A stretch of 62,790 bases of DNA, counting the filler. It is 4 parts of 4 records of this genome, joined end to end, with 100 filler letters (N's around TTAATTAATTAA, not from the genome) between each part and the next. Parts side by side here need not be neighbours in the genome. Positions count along the whole stretch, not along the records: positions 1 to 14,224 come from DRR723986_10234; 3 more parts are not named here. One strand, given 5' to 3'. The translations under genes and the position numbers were made by a program. Numbering within the stretch: the first letter of the stretch is position 1; each line of letters starts with the position of its first letter. Shown in pieces: positions 1 through 8,506 of this stretch. The notes beneath the pieces were generated by a model. That model saw only the letters and a list, made by a program, of their open reading frames with translations, was not told the origin of the DNA and made no database searches.

Positions 1-111
1 CCACCCACCGCAGGTGAAAGGGGGCGCAGCCCTCAGGCCAGTTATGTGTACAGTTGATCACTGTCTTGCAGCCGGCGTAGGGAGTTAAAAACTCGACATT
101 TTTGAGCTAAC

Positions 112-1083
112 ATGAAAAACACTATTGTTAAAAAGTTGCTGTGTTTGACGGGTAGTCTCCTGCTGGTGTTAAGCCTCCCAGTTGTTAATCTGGCGGCGCA
201 GCAGAATTCCGATTCTTGCGAGTGTGCAGAATATTACCTGAATTATGGAAGTGAGACACCGGGTGCCGTCGGTGTTATACCTGCGGAAGCTAAAGGTTTT
301 CGGGTTCTGAGAATCTATGGTCCGCAGAAATATAGGCGTGAGTCAAAAAGTGCTGTCGAAACTATTTTGTTCGAATACACTTTTGATCAGAACGGTCGTG
401 TTGCAAGTTCTACGTCGTTTTTCCGAAGAAAAGCGCAGTATCTGGCAAAATATGAGCGCCATGCGGATGGAAAAATCAGCCGGGTTATCAGAAGCATCGC
501 AAAAGGTGAAGACTCCGGGCCCGGGTTCAGGGTTGCGCCCACTATTGAAAGGTATACATATGATGCGTCCGGACGCCTGATTCGCACAAAAACTTCCACC
601 GGCAATCCGCCTGAATTTGCGCCTGATAGTGTTTCGGAGTATCAGACATTTGAATACGACGAGCTGGGGCGTCTACAGCGTAACTTTACCCACCATGCTC
701 CTACCTACTCCGGCGCAAAAATGCGTATGACTTCTACGTATGAATATGAAGATAATCAACGCCGTAGCTACGGTCATTATCAGCAGATTGACGGTCAGGA
801 CACAAGCGAATATTCAAGTCAAGGCTGGGTAGTTGGTTTTGATTCAAGCGGTCTGGCAATCAGTGAGGGCACTACGGATGGCAAAGAGCATATTTTTTAC
901 AATTACGATGACAAGGAGCGTCTCACAAGCATTCGCAGTATTCCTGTTGAAGGTTATGGAACGGAGTGTCCCGACGGGAGTGATTACCTCTGCGAGTATT
1001 TCTATGGGCCACATGGTTTGTTAAGTCGGATGCGGCACACATATGCTGACGTGGTCTGCGAGCTGCGCTTGGAATATGAATAA
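112..1083 (+). CDS. Secreted YD-repeat-like protein, paralog 1 of 3
   Basis: Signal peptide (MKNTIVKKLLCLTGSLLLVLSLPVVNLAA), CxC motif, repeated Y/F-D-xx-G-R-L units (YTFDQNGRV, YTYDASGRL, EYDELGRL, NYDDKERL), C-terminus CELRLEYE shared with the next two ORFs. Confidence 0.85.
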   Translation: MKNTIVKKLLCLTGSLLLVLSLPVVNLAAQQNSDSCECAEYYLNYGSETPGAVGVIPAEAKGFRVLRIYGPQKYRRESKSAVETILFEYTFDQNGRVASSTSFFRRKAQYLAKYERHADGKISRVIRSIAKGEDSGPGFRVAPTIERYTYDASGRLIRTKTSTGNPPEFAPDSVSEYQTFEYDELGRLQRNFTHHAPTYSGAKMRMTSTYEYEDNQRRSYGHYQQIDGQDTSEYSSQGWVVGFDSSGLAISEGTTDGKEHIFYNYDDKERLTSIRSIPVEGYGTECPDGSDYLCEYFYGPHGLLSRMRHTYADVVCELRLEYE

Positions 1084-1106
1084 GAAGAATAATTGGAGCC
1101 GAAAGA

Positions 1107-2147
1107 TTGAACCCAATAATTGTTAACAGTAGATCAAAAAATATAGCGCTACTGTGTTGCTGTATTGTGATGTGTTTTGGCATGCCAACAGTCAGTGTGG
1201 CCGACGGTGGAGATGGAGGAAATGGAGGATATGAGTGGCAACGCGGATGCAAATGTCTGGAGGTAATTTTCGATCGTTGGTGGGGAGTAGGACCCAATTC
1301 CGTCGGAATAAGTGATGAAGCCCCAGGCTGGCGAACAATGCGAGTTTTGGCGCAGGTCTATGATCCCAAGTGCTCAAAATTAATTGAGGCGCCAATACGC
1401 GAGTACACATTTGATCAGGCCGGCCTGAAAATTGGCTACGCCGAGTTTAAGGAGGGGCAGAGAACAGAAGAGCGGACTCACTTCGTGCGACGTGCAGATG
1501 GCCAAGTTGAACTGCTTATATACGGCAAAGCTAAAGAAACAGAGAAGGCGAAATTTGCAATCACGGACACGATCGGTGTCAACAAATTCAGCTATGACGC
1601 TGCCGGCCGCCAAATGCATTGGAAGGCCCGCGATCCGGAGCTGCCAGATACTCTGCCCAACCGTTCCTCGGCTGAAGGAAACAATATGTATGACGCACAG
1701 GGCCGGCTCATTAGCAGTATCGACCGCTACGTAACACCATATGACCGTGATAGTTTTTACACGACCACCAGACGCACCACCTTTGAATACACAGATGATG
1801 TTCAAGGTGCTAAAATCCGGCGTCAGCTGGAAACTTTTACTGAGTGGGAGTTCAAAAAAGACCAACAAGGAATTCCAGATACATCTGTTGGGATTATCCA
1901 CTACGATTCGCAGGGTCTGGCAATAAGCGAATATACAGAGGCTGGTGTACTTCGCGATAGCTACACCTATGATGACAAAAATCGTCTGGTGAGTGTGCGG
2001 CACACTGATCCCTCGGCGACCCAGCTGGTATGCCATGGCGGTCGGGATTACGTCTGTGAGTTCTTTTACGGCGCGCACGGCCTGATTAGCGGCCTGCGGC
2101 TCAGCTATGATGATGAAGTCTGTGAACTTCGATTTGTTTATGAGTAA
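1107..2147 (+). CDS. Secreted YD-repeat-like protein, paralog 2 of 3
   Basis: TTG start as called; signal-peptide-like N-terminus, CKC, YTFDQAG, YDAAGR, YDAQGRL, YDDKNRL, C-terminal DYVCEFFYGAHGL...VCELRFVYE. Confidence 0.85.
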   Translation: MNPIIVNSRSKNIALLCCCIVMCFGMPTVSVADGGDGGNGGYEWQRGCKCLEVIFDRWWGVGPNSVGISDEAPGWRTMRVLAQVYDPKCSKLIEAPIREYTFDQAGLKIGYAEFKEGQRTEERTHFVRRADGQVELLIYGKAKETEKAKFAITDTIGVNKFSYDAAGRQMHWKARDPELPDTLPNRSSAEGNNMYDAQGRLISSIDRYVTPYDRDSFYTTTRRTTFEYTDDVQGAKIRRQLETFTEWEFKKDQQGIPDTSVGIIHYDSQGLAISEYTEAGVLRDSYTYDDKNRLVSVRHTDPSATQLVCHGGRDYVCEFFYGAHGLISGLRLSYDDEVCELRFVYE

Positions 2148-2172
2148 GTTGTGACTTAACAGTGGGTGAACA

Positions 2173-3165
2173 TTGAGTTTAAGTTCCGGAATAGTGTACG
2201 GTAAGTGCAATATACTTTCAGCGATGATTGGCTGCATCCTGCTTATGTTAAGTATTTGCAGTTGTGCAGATAGATACAAGCCGCCGGGTCCACCCTGCGA
2301 ATGTGCTTGGACAGTGCTGGAATTCCGTAACATGCGTCCCCACAGGATTGCAGGAATCAGCACTGTAGCCAAGGGTTTTAAAACCCTGCGAGTGTACAAG
2401 GCGCACCACATGGGTGATAGTTTTGATTCGGCGGCCAAGTCTGTATTGCATGTGTACAAGTTTGATGAGGAAGGGCGCCAGACCAGCCATCTATACAACT
2501 TTGTTGCGGGTATGCCGCAGCGCGCGACTGTGTATGCGCGCCGCGCCAATGGTAAAGTTGCGCGCAAAATCGACTTAAAAGTCAACCCGAACAAGCCCTT
2601 TTTACAATATGCTGATACTACTGCAGTAACTGCCTATGTTTACGATCAAAATGACCATCTGCGCCGCATCCAGCCGATTGACCGCGAGACTATGCGCTTT
2701 CTGCCCGACAGCCTGGCAAGCTACGAGAGTTTTGCGTACGATGCGCAGGGGCAATTGAGCGCACATACGGTGCAAAGCTACTACCAGTTTAGCGGCACAA
2801 AATCCGTAAAAAACTACCGCTATGAATATGCAGACAACCGACGTTACATGCTGCTGGAACAGCCGGGAGTATCTTATCCGATTGCGTCTGAATCCGTTGA
2901 TGCGGCCAATATAGTGGAATACGATCCCGACGGCCTGCCTAAGCGCCGGACCAACGGCTGGGGTGACGTCTACCAGGAATATACCTATGACACGCAGGGA
3001 CGGCTGTTAAGTGTTCACGTCAATCCGGATGAACATTACAGGCTGTCCTGCAGCGGAAAAGCCGGTTTTGTTTGTGAATTTGTCTACGGTGAACATGGTT
3101 TGCCAAGTCGCTTGCGCCACATCTTGAATGATCAGGTCTGCGAGCTGCGCCTGGAATATGAATAG
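2173..3165 (+). CDS. Secreted/lipoprotein YD-repeat-like protein, paralog 3 of 3
   Basis: Hydrophobic N-terminus ending ICSC (possible lipobox; start may be the downstream Met), CEC, YD units, C-terminal FVCEFVYGEHGL...VCELRLEYE. Confidence 0.85.
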   Translation: MSLSSGIVYGKCNILSAMIGCILLMLSICSCADRYKPPGPPCECAWTVLEFRNMRPHRIAGISTVAKGFKTLRVYKAHHMGDSFDSAAKSVLHVYKFDEEGRQTSHLYNFVAGMPQRATVYARRANGKVARKIDLKVNPNKPFLQYADTTAVTAYVYDQNDHLRRIQPIDRETMRFLPDSLASYESFAYDAQGQLSAHTVQSYYQFSGTKSVKNYRYEYADNRRYMLLEQPGVSYPIASESVDAANIVEYDPDGLPKRRTNGWGDVYQEYTYDTQGRLLSVHVNPDEHYRLSCSGKAGFVCEFVYGEHGLPSRLRHILNDQVCELRLEYE

Positions 3166-3252
3166 AATTTGCGTGTAATAGGCTAAATTGGGCCGCAGAC
3201 GCATTCAGCTTGTTTAATCTTGGATTGAGGATTCGGCGTGCAAAAGTTGTTG

Positions 3253-4128
3253 ATGATACCTCGTATAGTATTTGGGCTTGTAGCTTTAACGCTGGCGGCT
3301 TGCCAGTCGGATTCGCAGGAAGATGCACCGTACAATTCAGAGCAGCGCAGTCCGGTAACTCAGAGCCCGGCGTCTGCCGCTGATGCGTCTGCGCAGCAAA
3401 ACACGCGCGAAATCGCGGTGGACTTAAACAACCGGGCGAGCGCCCTGTTTGGCAGCAATCCGGACAGCGCCTTGACCTTGCTCAATCGCGCGATTAATAC
3501 CGACACTGAATTTGAACAGTCCTACATCAACAAAACGACGCTGCTGATGCAGATGCAGCAGTACGATGAAGCCCTGGCGACGTTGGCACGCAGTAAAGAG
3601 CTCGATCCCGGCCTGGCGGAGTTATATACCGTGGAGGGGCTGATTTATGAAAATATGCAGCAGCCGGAGAGCGCCCGCAAGAGTTACGCGCAGGCGGTCT
3701 ATCAGTATCAGAAACCCCGATACGACACGCTGGCCTTTGGGCGCGATTCCAACCTGGCCCTGCTGCTGACAATTACGGACAGCCCGCAGGCCGCCCTGGC
3801 GGCTTATGACAAGCTGCTCAAAGACCCTTCGGTAGACCTGGCGATGCATCCGGTTCTCAAGAGTTATCGCAATGCCGTGGCGGTGTATCAGGGTGGTGGT
3901 CTGCTTGAGTTTTTTGAGCCGGGGCCGGTCACAGAGTATTGTGTTGCAGTATCGGCCGCCGCCGCGCAGGCCGGTGAGCAGCAGCGCAAACTGCAGCAGG
4001 AGCTGCTCGAAGCCGGAATAAACGCACGCGGCAGTTCGCGCAGCCAGCAAACCGGCGATATTATTATCAGAATCGAAAATCGCTTCCGCGCCAAGGCTTT
4101 AGCCTTTGGATTAAAAGAATGCAAATAG
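3253..4128 (+). CDS. TPR-repeat lipoprotein
   Basis: Lipobox LAAC after a hydrophobic stretch; TPR-like helices (YDEALATLARSKELDPGLAELY); ATG start at 3253 preferred over GTG 3238. Confidence 0.8.
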   Translation: MIPRIVFGLVALTLAACQSDSQEDAPYNSEQRSPVTQSPASAADASAQQNTREIAVDLNNRASALFGSNPDSALTLLNRAINTDTEFEQSYINKTTLLMQMQQYDEALATLARSKELDPGLAELYTVEGLIYENMQQPESARKSYAQAVYQYQKPRYDTLAFGRDSNLALLLTITDSPQAALAAYDKLLKDPSVDLAMHPVLKSYRNAVAVYQGGGLLEFFEPGPVTEYCVAVSAAAAQAGEQQRKLQQELLEAGINARGSSRSQQTGDIIIRIENRFRAKALAFGLKECK

Positions 4129-4140
4129 GCGCGAGCGGAC

Positions 4141-5022
4141 ATGTCTGAAATCTTGTTTAAGTCGCAGTATTGGCAGGATGAAGCCGCACGCGCGGCTTTT
4201 AAACAGTTTATTCTTGAGATTCACGGCCTGGATTTTAGCGCCTGGGAAGCCGCCGGATATTGGGACGATCGTTACACACCTTTTTCGTATTTCCACGACG
4301 GCAAGGTGATTGCCAGCGTATGTGTCTATCTGCTCAAAGCCGTCGTTGATGGACAAGCGGCGCAGCTACTCCAGATCTCGGGCGTGGGCACCGACCCAGC
4401 CTGGCGGCGGCGCGGCCTCAACCGCGAGTTAACCGAGCGCGCACTGGACTGGGCGCGCGGGCGGTATTCCGGACTGTTTTTGTTCGCCGATGAGGACGCC
4501 ATGCCATTTTACGAGCGCTGCGGATTTAGTCGGCTGCAGGAATACATTCACGAAATAGATTTGCCGGAGAAATTTCAGTCAGCGCCCGCTTCCGCAGGTG
4601 GATTAACAAAACTGGATCCGGGCTTGCCGGTGGACCGCGCCTTGATCTATGCCATGGCACAGGCACGCGCGCCGCTCTCACAGCGCCTGAGCGTACTGAA
4701 TGCAAAGTTATTTATGTTTCATTGTCTTTACGTTCTGAGCGATTGTATTTACCACATTCAGGCTTTGGACTGTCTGATTCTGTATAGGCAGCAGGGAAGT
4801 GTCCTTGAGATTTATGACATCGTGGCTAGGCGCATTCCGCAGCTCCATGAGCTTCTGGCGTTTGTAGACACGCGTGGCATTGAGCTGGTGCGCTGTCACT
4901 TTCATACGGACGGGATTTGGATCGGCAGTTCAGAGTGCCGTGTGCTTGAGGGCAACAATGCTTTTACGCTGGGGGACTTCGGCTTGGAGCGGCCGGTGTT
5001 TCCGTTTACGGCGCGCGCGTGA
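4141..5022 (+). CDS. GNAT family N-acetyltransferase
   Basis: Acetyl-CoA motif VGTDPAWRRRGL and FYERCGF. Confidence 0.9.
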   Translation: MSEILFKSQYWQDEAARAAFKQFILEIHGLDFSAWEAAGYWDDRYTPFSYFHDGKVIASVCVYLLKAVVDGQAAQLLQISGVGTDPAWRRRGLNRELTERALDWARGRYSGLFLFADEDAMPFYERCGFSRLQEYIHEIDLPEKFQSAPASAGGLTKLDPGLPVDRALIYAMAQARAPLSQRLSVLNAKLFMFHCLYVLSDCIYHIQALDCLILYRQQGSVLEIYDIVARRIPQLHELLAFVDTRGIELVRCHFHTDGIWIGSSECRVLEGNNAFTLGDFGLERPVFPFTARA

Positions 5023-5082
5023 ATTAACAATTTTGATAAATTGCTGCAGGGCACCGACACCACGTAAATCCAGGCTTCGAGT

Positions 5083-5508
5083 ATGGCATATTATCGTGAT
5101 CTGGAAATTTACAAGCAATTTGGCCCAAATCGCGAATACAATCTTTTGGCGATTGGTTGGTTGGAGCGTGGCCATGAATATAGCCAAGGAGGAGACATTG
5201 CCCGCAAATTTTGGGATAAACTGCAAGACTTGATTGCGAATCCCTGGAATCCTCTTCCGGTATCGATGGGTGTTCACAATTGCAGCTTGTGCCGCTTTAC
5301 GCCCGGAGTGCCTGGAAAGTCTCTAATACTTGTTCCAGGAAACGGACGTTTGTACTGTGCCCCAGATAATATTTTCCACTACATTGATGCCCACGAATAT
5401 TGTCCTCCACAAGAATTCCAGGAGGCCGTCATTGCCTGTCCTGACCGAAATTCAATTGACTTTTTGAAGGCGATCAATGCAGTTGGCGGCCAGTATTTAT
5501 TGGCGTAA
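5083..5508 (+). CDS. Conserved hypothetical protein with HxCxxC and YxAP..I.HYI..H.YxPP motif (possible metal binding)
   Basis: 141-aa ORF; GWL, GVHNCSLC, YCAPDNIFHYIDAHEYCPPQEF. Confidence 0.75.
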   Translation: MAYYRDLEIYKQFGPNREYNLLAIGWLERGHEYSQGGDIARKFWDKLQDLIANPWNPLPVSMGVHNCSLCRFTPGVPGKSLILVPGNGRLYCAPDNIFHYIDAHEYCPPQEFQEAVIACPDRNSIDFLKAINAVGGQYLLA

Positions 5509-5589
5509 CTGTATTTTGAAACAGTGGATAATTTGTCTCAAAACTTAAACAATGCTCACATATTTGTTAAATGTTTTACAGTAGACTTT

Positions 5590-6252
5590 ATGCTCACAGA
5601 CGCAAGTATTAGAACCCTTGTTGAGGCTGAATTACGCCGGCCGCAATTTGCGATGACGGAACAGCTCTTGGGCGTACACGAGCCGCTGCGTGATGCGGGC
5701 CGCGTACAGATTGCACGGATAGACCGCGAGACCAGACCTGGTTTCGCCATCGTCTATTTTCCAGTTGTCGGCGAGCCCTTTCACTTTGTAGTAGTGGTCA
5801 ATCTTGCGGATGAAAGTACTTCCGGGCTGTATACCGAGCAGTGGAATCGCGTATACTTGCGTGCGTCATCTACAACCGATACGTATGAGCAGATGTGTTC
5901 ACACACTAAAATCAAACCTACAAGTGGCTGGGGTAAAGGCGACGTCCGGCCCGGTGTCAAGCGCGGTCTTAGGTATGAGTTTAGCGCCTTGACTATCGAA
6001 TGTGAAAAAATTCCAGACACATTTGAGAATGTGATCACGCGGCTGCTGGACCGTCTGGAAGAAGACTCTGCAGGCATTTGTACACTGGTTGATTTGTACG
6101 AGGCTCACCTGCAGGCGGCAATCTACTTTCACAATGGCAATACAATGCTGGGTGGCATGTGGCTTAGTGCTGAAGTCGTAGAGCGGATGAGTCGTTTGCG
6201 TCTCTCTATCGATTTTGATCTCTATGCCGATGGGGAACTCTGGGAGGGCTGA
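5590..6252 (+). CDS. DUF4279-like hypothetical protein
   Basis: Pattern IKPTSGWGKGD...GMWLSAEVVERMSRLRLSIDFDLY resembles DUF4279; ATG at 5590 preferred. Confidence 0.7.
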   Translation: MLTDASIRTLVEAELRRPQFAMTEQLLGVHEPLRDAGRVQIARIDRETRPGFAIVYFPVVGEPFHFVVVVNLADESTSGLYTEQWNRVYLRASSTTDTYEQMCSHTKIKPTSGWGKGDVRPGVKRGLRYEFSALTIECEKIPDTFENVITRLLDRLEEDSAGICTLVDLYEAHLQAAIYFHNGNTMLGGMWLSAEVVERMSRLRLSIDFDLYADGELWEG

Positions 6253-6295
6253 AGGGTGCGCCGCATGGTAATTTTGTGGCCCGTAGATTGTTAAA

Positions 6296-6350
6296 CAAAA
6301 AACTCTGGTCGTCCCTTATCACCCGCTGGGCGGATTTGCGGGACGACCAG
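6296..6350 (-). terminator. Intrinsic terminator with large structured loop
   Basis: Perfect 11-bp stem CTGGTCGTCCC (6305-6315) / GGGACGACCAG (6340-6350), followed by a U-tract on the minus strand, just after the stop at 6372. Confidence 0.75.
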
Positions 6351-6371
6351 TTAGCTGGAGATTACAAAACC

Positions 6372-7019
6372 TTATTCAGCTGGAATTTCATCGTAGGCCA
6401 TAGTAACATGATGGCCGTACAGCTCGTTGTTGTTGTCGCTGGACCAAGTAGCTCCACCTTGATCGATAACGTCGGCCGGGTCATCTTCGCCGATAAAGTC
6501 CCATTCGTACGTGATGTAATACTCAATCGATCCATCACCTTCGGATGAGGGAATTTGAACGCTCGTAATGTAGCCAGTCCACGCAAAGTCGGTCGGTGTA
6601 CCATAGTGCATGTCAGCTTCATCGGCGGCGGCCTGGTCCTCTACAAAGGAAACGCTTACACCTTCCATTGTCAGCGGATTACCATCCAGGTCGGTTACAA
6701 TCACGCGGTCCGGCGCACCCCAGTCCGAGGCAGCCATGACGCCAACAACAAGGTCGTATGGCTCGTTCAGGCGTCCATCTGTTTTGGTACATGTTTCTTT
6801 AGTCTCCCAACCGATGACGACTTTGGGTGGAATACCGAGTTCACCCTCCTTTTTGCAGGTTCGTTCCGTTTTTTCCCAGGTGTATTTGGGTTTTGGTTTT
6901 GATTCTACCGATCGTGTTGAAGTTGTGATAGCGAAGACCGCCAGCAGTCCGGCTACTGCTGCCATTTGCAGCTGAGTGCGTTTTGACGAAATATAGGTTA
7001 ACATTTTCATATCCTTCAT
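6372..7019 (-). CDS. Orphan secreted protein (basic Cys-pair N-region, acidic beta-rich C-region)
   Basis: Likely start MKDMKML at 7019 after an A-rich leader; hydrophobic segment MAAVAGLLAVFAIT; followed by a terminator. Confidence 0.75.
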   Translation of the reverse strand: MKDMKMLTYISSKRTQLQMAAVAGLLAVFAITTSTRSVESKPKPKYTWEKTERTCKKEGELGIPPKVVIGWETKETCTKTDGRLNEPYDLVVGVMAASDWGAPDRVIVTDLDGNPLTMEGVSVSFVEDQAAADEADMHYGTPTDFAWTGYITSVQIPSSEGDGSIEYYITYEWDFIGEDDPADVIDQGGATWSSDNNNELYGHHVTMAYDEIPAE

Positions 7020-7450
7020 GAATTGTTGATTTGATGTGTGTAAATCCAATGAACATTGCGACGAGTTAACCTGTAAAGCCGCGCCGGTTTCTGACTTGCT
7101 TGCAAGCATGTACACCGGTGGCAGCGGCACACATGACGTCAAGAGACTCCAGTGTTAAACGGCGGTTAACTCAGATTGGAAACGCGCATGCTCGCATGAT
7201 TTGCGGGAGCAAACATGTTCTTCAGGCAATGTTACGCTTGTTAAGCAAGTACCTTGTTTGGGTGGCTCATGAAGCCATGGCGCTTTTTGATACGTTACGC
7301 CAGTGAATACACGCTGCGCGCACGATCTGGCAGTAAATCGCCACGCCTGGGGTACTGTTTTCCCAGTTTGACTCCCCTGATGGCACATCTGCTTTACGTG
7401 GCAGTACGTTATCGATGTGCTGTGCCGGGAGTCTTAATGTATTTCAGGGC

Positions 7451-7539
7451 CAAAGTGCTGAATGCATGCGCGTGATCAAACACCTAAGCTTTGAACGTGC
7501 TGCCTCAGTCGCTGAACTGGTTGTTTCAGTCGCTGAGTG
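7451..7539 (-). promoter_or_regulatory. LytTR-type direct-repeat operator (3 boxes, 21-bp period) with candidate -7 element
   Basis: Minus-strand boxes CACTCAGCG (7531-7539), AGTTCAGCG (7510-7518), CGTTCAAAG (7489-7497); exact TCAGTCGCTGA at 7505 and 7526; GCACTTTG at 7451-7458 resembles TAnnTTTG; adjacent to a LytTR gene. Confidence 0.65.
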
Positions 7540-7732
7540 TTGGACCGGGATTGGTGGATTGCCATTCAGGTACTCAGTGGCCGGCGCATGAGGTGCTTAA
7601 ATTTTTGACCGGTTTGAGACTTCGCGCCCAGAGACAAACAAAAAGAAACAGCCAGCCCAACCGCAACGCGGACCGCGGAGGGAGGCGCAGCGCTCTGAAT
7701 TGGTATTTGTTAACAATGGGGGAATAGTGAAG

Positions 7733-8491
7733 TTAAAATCTGGCCATAGCTTCCAGTTCGGCCAGCAGTGCATCCTTGCGACGAATTGAGACTTCAACGG
7801 TGCTGCCGTCCTGCATTACAACGTAACCAGGTTTGCCTTTTTTGTAGGCGCGGACGTAGGCCAGATTAATCAAATGTTTGCGGTGCGTGCGGAAAAAACG
7901 GCTGCCGTCCAGTAAGCTCTCATATTTGTTGATCGGTTTGGAAACCAGAATTGGCGCGCGTCCATCCAGAAAAAAAGTGGTATAACTTTCGCTGGCCTCG
8001 CAGCGGATGATGTCATTAATTTGAATCATCTCAAAGCCGGTTTTGTTGGGCAGGGCCAGGCGTGAAACTCCTTTGTTTAAGTTTTCGGACAGAATCTGCA
8101 TCTGCACCGTGCTGATCATACTTGTGGTGCGCGCCTGTTGAATACGGCCGACCGCTTCGGTGAGTTCACTCCGGCCAATTGGTTTTAGAAGGTAATGAAT
8201 GGCGGCAAAGTCAAAGGCGCGTGCGGCAAAATCGCTGTGCGCCGAGGTGAAGACAACTTTGATCCTGCTCAGGTCAAGGCCGTCCAGGATGTCAAATCCG
8301 GTGCCGTCGGGCAGCATGATATCGAGGAAGACGGCTTCGGGCTGGACGGAATTAATCACTGCGTGCGCCTCGGCTACGGACTGCCCGCTGCCACGCACTG
8401 AGACTTGTGGGAAGTAGTTTTGCAGCAAAGTTTGCAGGTGTTCAATTGCATCGGGTTCATCGTCGATAATTACGACAGGTAAAGTATCCAT
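7733..8491 (-). CDS. LytTR family response regulator
   Basis: REC domain (IIDDE, FLDIMLPDGTGF, YLLKP) plus LytTR domain (FFRTHRKHLINL, VSIRRK). Confidence 0.95.
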   Translation of the reverse strand: MDTLPVVIIDDEPDAIEHLQTLLQNYFPQVSVRGSGQSVAEAHAVINSVQPEAVFLDIMLPDGTGFDILDGLDLSRIKVVFTSAHSDFAARAFDFAAIHYLLKPIGRSELTEAVGRIQQARTTSMISTVQMQILSENLNKGVSRLALPNKTGFEMIQINDIIRCEASESYTTFFLDGRAPILVSKPINKYESLLDGSRFFRTHRKHLINLAYVRAYKKGKPGYVVMQDGSTVEVSIRRKDALLAELEAMARF

Positions 8492-8506
8492 AGGCTCGTC
8501 TTTCGT

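Noticed and set aside
1..111. 3' end of an upstream gene or fourth paralog
   Set aside because: No frame yields the conserved CELR..YE terminus, and the stretch is too short to call.
112..3165. Fragmented Rhs toxin pseudogene
   Set aside because: Each ORF has its own export signal and the same conserved C-terminus, and there is no Rhs core motif; they are intact paralogs.
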